A stretch of DNA of 64,000 nt from Nanobdellota archaeon (GTDB lineage: Archaea > Nanobdellota > Nanobdellia > SCGC-AAA011-G17 > JAFCDX01). The position numbers were made by a program, and so were the translations under genes. The stretch covers positions 58,584 to 122,583 of the forward strand of contig JBFMDT010000001.1 of NCBI GenBank assembly GCA_040753775.1. Direction: 5' to 3'. This document shows positions 56,929 through 64,000 of the stretch, piece by piece; positions within the stretch are counted from its first letter, which is position 1, and each line of letters opens with the position of its first letter. The notes under the pieces were generated by a model. The model did no database searches and had not been told where the DNA came from. It saw only the letters and a list, made by a program, of their open reading frames with translations.

Positions 56929-58865
56929 ACAAGGAGATTATCCCTTACATTTTGATTGTAGCAATTGCACTTACCCTTACTTACAGCATGTTTGCTCCAG
57001 GGTTTATGCTTTACACAGATAATCCAACACACATAGCCTCAGTCCATTTTCTTGTTGATAATTTGCTAAAAGAACAAAAATGGATAACTGGGTGGAGCAA
57101 CTGGGATTTTCTTGGATTTCCTATGCTGCTTTACACTTATCAGTTAAGCTACTTGCTGATTGCTTTTCTAAGCCTGTTTCTTAGTGTAAATCTTGCCTAT
57201 AAAATAATCATCCTTTTTTCAATTATTTTTCCATCAATAGCCCTTTACATATTGCTTAAAACCAAATATAAAATAATTCCGGCAGCAATAGCATCAATTC
57301 TCTTCCTGCTTGCAAGGCCGATATTAAGCCATCAACTAGTAGGCATGTACAACGAATTCATAAGCATTGGCTTCTTTATCCTTTTTGTATATTTCCTGCA
57401 AAAGGATTATAGCGCTAAAAACAGCATAATTTTGGCAGTTCTCTTCTTCCTTATAGTGATTTCCCATCCTTATTCAATTTTTATCCTGCTCTATTTCTCA
57501 TTAATCCTTCTTTTTGTTTATAGAAAGGAAGTTAATTTTATAAAAAACTACTTAAAAATATCTGGAATAGGCTTGCTGCTCTCATCCTATTACCTGCTTC
57601 CAATAATACTGACAAGCAGCTGGCTAGTGAAGTTCGGCTGGCCCATAGGTCCAAGCTTGATCTCAACCTTTATCCACCTTGTATATCAAATATTGTTCTC
57701 AGTCCCAAGCTATTTTACAATATACGATTTCATCAAGGCATCTTTGTCTTTTAACTTAATAGCAATAAAATACCTTGCTGAAATAATTCTCGCAAGTCTT
57801 CCACAATTACTTACTGCAGTGCTCGCTTCAATAGGCCTTTACTATTACAAAAAAAATGACAAGTTTCTTTCTTTAGTTCTCTTATTTTCAATAGCCTCTT
57901 TTATTTTAGGGACAGGCTTTTGGTATTATCTTCCCTTAATAAAAAATATTGACTTGCTCCAGGGAATAGTCTCGTATAAGTTTATTTATTATGGAAGAAT
58001 TGGCTTGGCCGTATTTGCAGCCTATGCCCTATCAAAAATAAAACTAAAAAAAATAAAATACTTGCTCTTTATACCAGCATTTCTTCTCTTGATTTCTGGC
58101 TCATTTGGTTACTTGGTTGAAAAAGATTGGCTGGCAACATCAGAAAACTCTCTTTATATGAATGAAGTTAATTACATACAAGATTGGATTAAGAATAATA
58201 TTAATGGTTCGGAAACAAGGGTAATATACCAGCACCTTGCAGGAAACTTTAGGCAAAACTCTGTACTTGATACAAGCTCTGTCTTTGCAATGTCAAGCTA
58301 TTTCACAAATGTTCCATCCATAGGAATCTGGAGTGGGGGTATTCCTTATCCAACTGAAAACCTAAGATCAACAGAAAACCAAAGGCTGCTTGGTAGTGGG
58401 GTGCAAAATATAACAGACAAAGAGCTGATAGAAAAAATGAAATTAGTGAACGCAAAATACATTGTAGCAGTTGAGAAAAATTTAAAAAACAAGCTAAGAA
58501 ATGATAAATTTATAGAAAAAATTAATACAACCTATCTAAGCATATTTGAATTAAAAGATTACAGGCCAGAATGGATAGAAACAGATGGCACTTATAAATT
58601 AAACAAATTCAAAGACAATGAAATAGGATTTTACATAGAAAATGCAACCTATGCTCTGGTCAAAATGCAGTACCATCCTTATTGGAAAGCAGGCCTAGAC
58701 AACAAAACTTTGAAAATAAATAAGAATGAAAATAATTTGATGATTCTTGATGTAGATGAAATGAAGGGTAATGTAAAATTAAACTACAGCTCAAAAAATA
58801 TCCTCGGAATTATTTTAACGCTTATCGGTCTTATCTTTATTATGAAAATCCGCTCCAAGAGCTAG
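56925..58865 (+). CDS. large polytopic membrane protein, similar architecture to the upstream gene
   Basis: Same architecture as above; start overlaps the upstream stop. Confidence 0.4.
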   Translation: MNKEIIPYILIVAIALTLTYSMFAPGFMLYTDNPTHIASVHFLVDNLLKEQKWITGWSNWDFLGFPMLLYTYQLSYLLIAFLSLFLSVNLAYKIIILFSIIFPSIALYILLKTKYKIIPAAIASILFLLARPILSHQLVGMYNEFISIGFFILFVYFLQKDYSAKNSIILAVLFFLIVISHPYSIFILLYFSLILLFVYRKEVNFIKNYLKISGIGLLLSSYYLLPIILTSSWLVKFGWPIGPSLISTFIHLVYQILFSVPSYFTIYDFIKASLSFNLIAIKYLAEIILASLPQLLTAVLASIGLYYYKKNDKFLSLVLLFSIASFILGTGFWYYLPLIKNIDLLQGIVSYKFIYYGRIGLAVFAAYALSKIKLKKIKYLLFIPAFLLLISGSFGYLVEKDWLATSENSLYMNEVNYIQDWIKNNINGSETRVIYQHLAGNFRQNSVLDTSSVFAMSSYFTNVPSIGIWSGGIPYPTENLRSTENQRLLGSGVQNITDKELIEKMKLVNAKYIVAVEKNLKNKLRNDKFIEKINTTYLSIFELKDYRPEWIETDGTYKLNKFKDNEIGFYIENATYALVKMQYHPYWKAGLDNKTLKINKNENNLMILDVDEMKGNVKLNYSSKNILGIILTLIGLIFIMKIRSKS

Positions 58866-59877
58866 CTATAGACAGCAATGCCCTTGTATTGACTAGCATG
58901 CTTGGATACCCAATGCATCTGAATCTGCAGTCTTTACAGAACCAGTAGCTTCCCTGTAAATTTCTTGCTTCAATTGCCTTGCTGTTATTCCATACCTTCC
59001 TTATATCTCCCTTCATAATCTCCTTTGGAAACCCGGAGCACGGCATTGAGACATTTCCATCCGGCTTAATTGAGATTGTTATATCCATTGCCCTGCATCC
59101 TATCTCAGCTAATCCGCCCTTCCTCAACATTGTAAAATAGATGTTTGGATTAGCAACAGTACTTCCAAACTCTTTTTTTAGGCTCTTGACATCGCTGATA
59201 AATTTCTCCCTATCCGGAACTAAGCTTTCTTGCTCTTTATCAAACATTTCAGGCTTAGGATTCTTTACAGTTTGCAATTCTTTTAACGCCATTGTATATT
59301 CTATCTGTGCATTAAATGCCTTGGCCAATTTAACAAGCCTTCTTAAATTTTCATAACTTGCATTTCTTGTTACAACAGTATGTATCATAAATTTTTTCCC
59401 TCTTTTCTTTAGCTCATTCATCCCTTCCAGAGCCTTCCTAAATGCATTTGGGTAATTTCTCAGTTTGTCATGCTCCCTTCCAACATTATCTAGGCTTATC
59501 CTGACAACATCCGCATCCATTACCTTGTCCGCATTCTCTTTCAAAACAGAGCCATTAGTGCTCACAAAAACATTCATTCCCTTCTTTTTTATGTGCTTTA
59601 TTAAAATATCTATGTCCTTTCTAAGCAAGGGCTCTCCGCCGCTGAAATTTATTATCTTGGTGCCAAGTTCTTTTAGCTGGTCTACTACCTGCAGAGCCTC
59701 TTTTGTGTTAAGCTCAGGGGTCCATGCCTTTTTATGTTTATTAACGCAGCAAAACCCGCACTTCATATTGCAGTTATAGCTTATTTCCCACTGGCAGAAC
59801 AAAGGGACTCTTTTTCCAAAATACTTGACTGCAACAATTCCAGGTAATAATTTTAGTCCGGTAATTATTTTTTTCAT
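58840..59877 (-). CDS. radical SAM enzyme with C-terminal SPASM/twitch-like Cys cluster
   Basis: CNMKCGFC (Cx3Cx2C) and C-terminal C...CKDCRFRC. Confidence 0.75.
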   Translation of the reverse strand: MKKIITGLKLLPGIVAVKYFGKRVPLFCQWEISYNCNMKCGFCCVNKHKKAWTPELNTKEALQVVDQLKELGTKIINFSGGEPLLRKDIDILIKHIKKKGMNVFVSTNGSVLKENADKVMDADVVRISLDNVGREHDKLRNYPNAFRKALEGMNELKKRGKKFMIHTVVTRNASYENLRRLVKLAKAFNAQIEYTMALKELQTVKNPKPEMFDKEQESLVPDREKFISDVKSLKKEFGSTVANPNIYFTMLRKGGLAEIGCRAMDITISIKPDGNVSMPCSGFPKEIMKGDIRKVWNNSKAIEARNLQGSYWFCKDCRFRCIGYPSMLVNTRALLSIASSWSGFS

Positions 59878-61271
59878 TTTGTTATAAACTTGAACAAACT
59901 AAAGGCCCTTATTACTAGTTTTGGGAATTCTGAGATTTTAGTATGCATGATTCTCCTGAAGATATAGCCAGCAGAAAAGTAAAATGACCTGTATGCAAGC
60001 TTGTGGTAGTATGTTAGTTCTTTTGCTGAAACGCTTGGCAACTCTATTACTGGCCTGCCATATCTCTGAAATCTCCACCAGTCTTTTGTCAGCAGTTTTA
60101 TTCCCTTGTCATGCTCAGCCATTGTAAGCACTTCTGTTCCAGGCAATGGTGTCATAACAGAAAATTGCGCATAATCCAATTTTAGTTCTTTTGCAAACCT
60201 TATTGTTTTCATTATGGTTTCCTTTGTATCATAAGGATGCCCTATAATAAAGAATCCATGCGTCTGTAGCCCTACTTTTTTAGCCAATGCTACAGCCCTT
60301 CTAACCTGCTCCAAAGTAATGCCTTTGTGTATAATATTTAGTATTTTTTGATCTCCTGACTCAACCCCAAACTTCACTAATCTACATCCTGCTTTTTTCA
60401 TAATCCTAAGCAACTCTTCTGTAATGAAATTAACCCTTGTATCGCATGCCCATTCTATTTTTATCCCTCTTCTTATGAGCTCTTTGCATATTTCCATTGT
60501 CCTTTGCGGATAAGCAGTAAAAGTGTCATCAACAAACATTATTTTCTTTACGTTGTATTTCTTGTATAGATACTCAATTTCATCAACAACATTCTTCGGG
60601 CTTCTTACTCTGTATTTTCCCTGGTGTATAACCTTTGATGAGCAGAAAGCGCAATTATATGGACAACCCCTTCCAGTAACCATAATTAATGACTTTCCCA
60701 AAAATGGATTTCCATATCTTTCCAAAGGAAGCATGTCATAAGCAGGCCATGGCAACTTGTCCAAATTTTGTATCAGTGCTCTTCTTGGATTTATCTTAAC
60801 CTTATCTTTTTTATCCCTGTAACATAATCCTTTTATCTGCGAAAGCCTCTTTCCGCTAATCAGCTCTTTAAATGTTTCCTCACCCTCGCCTATTGTAATC
60901 ATATCAACATACTTAAATTTCATGCATTCTTCAGGCAATGCAGAAGGATGCGGCCCCCCCCAGACTACTTTAATACCCGGATTTATCCTTTTAACAATCT
61001 CTGATATTTTCATGACCTCAAGAATAGTTGGTGTAACACAGGGTATTCCTACAAACCTTGGGGCTTCCCTTTTTATTACATTTTCAATGACATTCTGCCA
61101 CTTGTTTCCATAATACCTTAGGTCAATTAGGCCAACACTAAAATTATTTTCTCTTAAATAACTTGCAATGTAGGCAATGCCCAAAGGAAACATATCAGCA
61201 TCTATGTGTCTTACATCTATGTTTCCAAAAGCCCTTATGTCAGGCGGTGAAAAAAATATAACATCTTTCAT
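59874..61271 (-). CDS. B12-binding-domain radical SAM enzyme (paralog 2)
   Basis: RGCPYNCAFC; same architecture as 48543-49940. Confidence 0.8.
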   Translation of the reverse strand: MKDVIFFSPPDIRAFGNIDVRHIDADMFPLGIAYIASYLRENNFSVGLIDLRYYGNKWQNVIENVIKREAPRFVGIPCVTPTILEVMKISEIVKRINPGIKVVWGGPHPSALPEECMKFKYVDMITIGEGEETFKELISGKRLSQIKGLCYRDKKDKVKINPRRALIQNLDKLPWPAYDMLPLERYGNPFLGKSLIMVTGRGCPYNCAFCSSKVIHQGKYRVRSPKNVVDEIEYLYKKYNVKKIMFVDDTFTAYPQRTMEICKELIRRGIKIEWACDTRVNFITEELLRIMKKAGCRLVKFGVESGDQKILNIIHKGITLEQVRRAVALAKKVGLQTHGFFIIGHPYDTKETIMKTIRFAKELKLDYAQFSVMTPLPGTEVLTMAEHDKGIKLLTKDWWRFQRYGRPVIELPSVSAKELTYYHKLAYRSFYFSAGYIFRRIMHTKISEFPKLVIRAFSLFKFITK

Positions 61272-61310
61272 TTTTCTTTACACAATAATAAACTTTATAA
61301 AATTATTTGT

Positions 61311-62153
61311 TTAAGGCAGCCTCATTACCATCTGCCCATTCTTAAAAACTCTCACTACCCCACCAGACTCGGAAACAACTACAGCAACAGCATCGGTCTC
61401 CTTTGTTAGTGCTGCACAATTTTTATGCCTAGTTCCCATACCAAATGGAAGATTTAGCAAACTTGAGTTTATGTCTATGTATGTTCCTACAGACAAAATT
61501 CTCCCATCCTTATCAATAACAAACACCCCATCAAGTTGGGAAAATTCTTTTATCCCTTCCTTTATATCATAATCTGTTATTTTTCTGTCTTCTTTTTCAA
61601 AAGGGTTTATTATAAGCTGTTTTGTATACTTATCTATAGGCTCATTGTTGCGTATAATGAAGGCAGTTCCAACCTTCTTGCCTTCTCTTCCTTCGTCAGC
61701 TATTTCAAGTGCAAGGTCAGTAACAGCCTCAATAACCTGCACATTTACCCCTTCAAGCAATTTAGCTGTTTTTGTTATATTAAAAAATAGCTCATCTATA
61801 TCAAAAACATACAAAGCACCCATGAAATAGCTTGTAACATTTCTATCCTCTACAAATACAACCCTGTCTCCTTTGCTTATATAACTATGATTAAGTGCTT
61901 TTATCAGCAGCCTTTTTATAAATGTAATTGGGTTTATTTGGGTCCTGCTTATCTCTGTTATATAACTGTACTGCTTAAAGTTGTGCTCAGATCCCTTAAA
62001 AATATTTACCTTTATTTCAGTATAAGGAAGAATATCATTCAGTCCTTTATTTTCTCTTAAATGTCTGTTAATAGTGACTATGCAGTTAGCCTTAATGTCA
62101 CTTGCAATCTTTATAGCTGCATTGCCTATGGATTCCTCAACTGTAGGATTCAT
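61311..62153 (-). CDS. dacZ: diadenylate cyclase, archaeal DacZ type (c-di-AMP synthase)
   Basis: C-terminal DAC domain with DGVFVID...GMGTRHKNCAALT...VVSESGGVVRVF (DGA-like and RHR-like motifs); N-terminal PK-C-like region. Confidence 0.75.
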   Translation of the reverse strand: MNPTVEESIGNAAIKIASDIKANCIVTINRHLRENKGLNDILPYTEIKVNIFKGSEHNFKQYSYITEISRTQINPITFIKRLLIKALNHSYISKGDRVVFVEDRNVTSYFMGALYVFDIDELFFNITKTAKLLEGVNVQVIEAVTDLALEIADEGREGKKVGTAFIIRNNEPIDKYTKQLIINPFEKEDRKITDYDIKEGIKEFSQLDGVFVIDKDGRILSVGTYIDINSSLLNLPFGMGTRHKNCAALTKETDAVAVVVSESGGVVRVFKNGQMVMRLP

Positions 62154-62202
62154 ATTAATACTTCAAATAGCTTACTTAAATAATTTATTAACTATAAGAA
62201 TA

Positions 62203-63588
62203 TCAACTGGCATAAGCAATCAGCCTGTTAACCAAAAATCTTAAATGCCTGAATGAGGTTACATCCCTTAAAATATTAAATAAAATTTTTGGCCTTAAAT
62301 AAAATCTTAAAATTGCATTTCTTTGCAATTTTTTAAGTCTTTTAAGTGTAAGGCCTTTTGGGGCATAAACTACATTGGCAAAGGATGCATATTTCGCCCA
62401 ATCTCTTATTTCTCCTATTTCCCCATTCTTTACAAGCTCGTAATAAATCTCAGTTCCTGGCAATGGCAAAAAACACCCAAACTGTGCCCTGTCTATTTTT
62501 AACTGCCTGGCAAACCTTGCTGTCTGTTTTATTTCCTTAACAGTTTCACCAGGATACCCTAATATGAACAGCCCGGTTACCTTCATCCCAGATTCATGTA
62601 TCAATCTTATTTTCTCTCTAATCTTTTTTGTATCCAAGTGCTTCTTCATCAATTTCAGTATTCTGTCAGAGCCGGACTCGATGCCAACAGAAACAGCATA
62701 GCACCCGGCCCTTTTCATTAATTTCAATACCTCTTTGTCTAGAGTATCCAATCTTATGCCATTAGGAGTAGCCCAGAATAAATTTAACTTCTCTTTCAGC
62801 AAAGCATTGCAAAACTTTATAACATATTCCCTGTTCAAAGTAAAATTGTCATCTATCATATGAAACTCTTTTACACCATACTCATTTTTGAGCATCTTCA
62901 ACTCGCTTATTACATGCTCAACGCTTCTGTATCTTAACATCTTTCCATTTACCTTTGCCCCTGAACAAAAAGTGCAGTTGTATGGGCAGCCCCTTGTTGC
63001 TTGTATTAGCACAATTGGAAATGCCTTTGCAAATCCCCCCTGCGGGGTTTCAGGATATTTTCTAGGGTCTATTAAATCCCAAGCAGGAAATCCTAATTTA
63101 TCCAAATCCTTTTCAAAGTATTGTGAATTTACTTCAACTCCCTTCTTAGTTTTATATATAAGCCCGGGAACGTCCTTAATCTTATTTTTATTTTCTAAAT
63201 TTTCAAGCAGTTTAACAATACCAAATTCAGCTTCCCCTGCAAATCCATAATCCAGTCCATTAAAATATTTCATGCTGTCATAAGGAACAGCCGAAATATG
63301 CGGACCTCCAGCCATTGTTACTATATCTTTATTTATTTTTTTGATTATTTTAATATACTTCTGAACAACAGGAAGATCGCTTGAAAAAATTTGAAAGGCT
63401 ACAGCATCTGGCTTAAAAGAATTTATATACCCTACAAATCCGTTATAGCCTATATTACAAAGAGTGCAGTCAAGAATTTTAACGTCATGCCCTCTGCTCC
63501 TTAAGCTAGTTGCTAAGTAACCAAGTCCAACAGGAGGCACAAGTGAATACGCCTGCTCATTGTATGGCTTTACCAAAAGTATTTTCAT
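62203..63588 (-). CDS. B12-binding-domain radical SAM enzyme (paralog 3)
   Basis: RGCPYNCTFC; same architecture. Confidence 0.8.
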   Translation of the reverse strand: MKILLVKPYNEQAYSLVPPVGLGYLATSLRSRGHDVKILDCTLCNIGYNGFVGYINSFKPDAVAFQIFSSDLPVVQKYIKIIKKINKDIVTMAGGPHISAVPYDSMKYFNGLDYGFAGEAEFGIVKLLENLENKNKIKDVPGLIYKTKKGVEVNSQYFEKDLDKLGFPAWDLIDPRKYPETPQGGFAKAFPIVLIQATRGCPYNCTFCSGAKVNGKMLRYRSVEHVISELKMLKNEYGVKEFHMIDDNFTLNREYVIKFCNALLKEKLNLFWATPNGIRLDTLDKEVLKLMKRAGCYAVSVGIESGSDRILKLMKKHLDTKKIREKIRLIHESGMKVTGLFILGYPGETVKEIKQTARFARQLKIDRAQFGCFLPLPGTEIYYELVKNGEIGEIRDWAKYASFANVVYAPKGLTLKRLKKLQRNAILRFYLRPKILFNILRDVTSFRHLRFLVNRLIAYAS

Positions 63589-63614
63589 CCTACAAAAACT
63601 AAAGTATTTTGTAT

Positions 63615-63887
63615 TTAAACTTTGCTATAAAAATGCTCAACAAACCTTTTTGCCAGCTTTATAGAGTTATTCATATTCCTGTCATCTGGAAAAATCTGGC
63701 TTGTATTTACCATATAGATATTTCTAATTTTAGTTTCAAAACTTGGCTTTTTGTATCCTGTCTTGTATACTGGTGTTGCATACTTATTCCTTGAAACATA
63801 ATAGTTTATAACATCAGACTCTTTAAAAAAAGGAAACATGAGCTTTAAGCCATTCATATAAAAGTTAAAAAGCCTCTTGTCACTCAT
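63615..63887 (-). CDS. hypothetical protein (possibly part of a longer gene running toward the window end)
   Basis: ORF only. Confidence 0.2.
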   Translation of the reverse strand: MSDKRLFNFYMNGLKLMFPFFKESDVINYYVSRNKYATPVYKTGYKKPSFETKIRNIYMVNTSQIFPDDRNMNNSIKLAKRFVEHFYSKV

Positions 63888-64000
63888 TTTGTATATCTTG
63901 CTGTCGCTTTTTGTATAATTAAAAATATATGCTAAATTTTCATTATCATAATATTTTTTGGATATAAAATTTGTATGCTCAATAACTCCGCCAAAGGGGA

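Overview
This is an AT-rich (~33% GC) archaeal chromosomal segment. Translation-apparatus genes are archaeal type (Pth2, aTrm56, uS2, a PIN-ATPase-KH protein, DacZ), Shine-Dalgarno sites are used, and lipoboxes and cell-surface proteins are abundant. The layout suggests a small-genome (DPANN-like?) archaeon; this is inference only. Left to right the window holds: (i) an extended copper-homeostasis cluster (TRASH-domain regulator, small YHS/TRASH proteins, a GGR-family oxidoreductase coupled to a 2xHMA CopA P-type ATPase, ICMT-like methyltransferase, MFS, cupredoxin lipoprotein, presenilin/SPP-like protease); (ii) a HEPN/MNT toxin-antitoxin cassette bracketed by ~100-bp direct repeats, next to an IS element; (iii) surface proteins and Cys-rich lipoproteins; (iv) an oxidative-stress block (Fur/PerR, peroxiredoxin, Fe/Mn-SOD, Nth, Pth2); (v) housekeeping genes (DRG-like GTPase, MscS, uS2, enolase, ABC/FtsX triad, TrmI, PIN-ATPase-KH, subtilisin, SecDF, aTrm56); (vi) a ~22-kb glycan-biosynthesis island (Dol-P glycosyltransferase, ArnE/F-like pair, GT2/GT4 enzymes, Gmd, Wzx, methyltransferases, GT-C-like membrane proteins) that contains three paralogous B12-binding radical-SAM enzymes, a SPASM radical-SAM enzyme and the c-di-AMP cyclase DacZ. 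All three tRNA genes visible here appear to carry introns, some at non-canonical positions; one (Arg-CCT) seems to be split by three introns. The window also holds a 38-bp x3.4 tandem repeat in a divergent promoter and a family of short purine-rich repeats around the TA cassette. The candidates I would chase first are the multi-intron tRNAs, the radical-SAM-rich glycan island and the repeat-flanked HEPN/MNT cassette.
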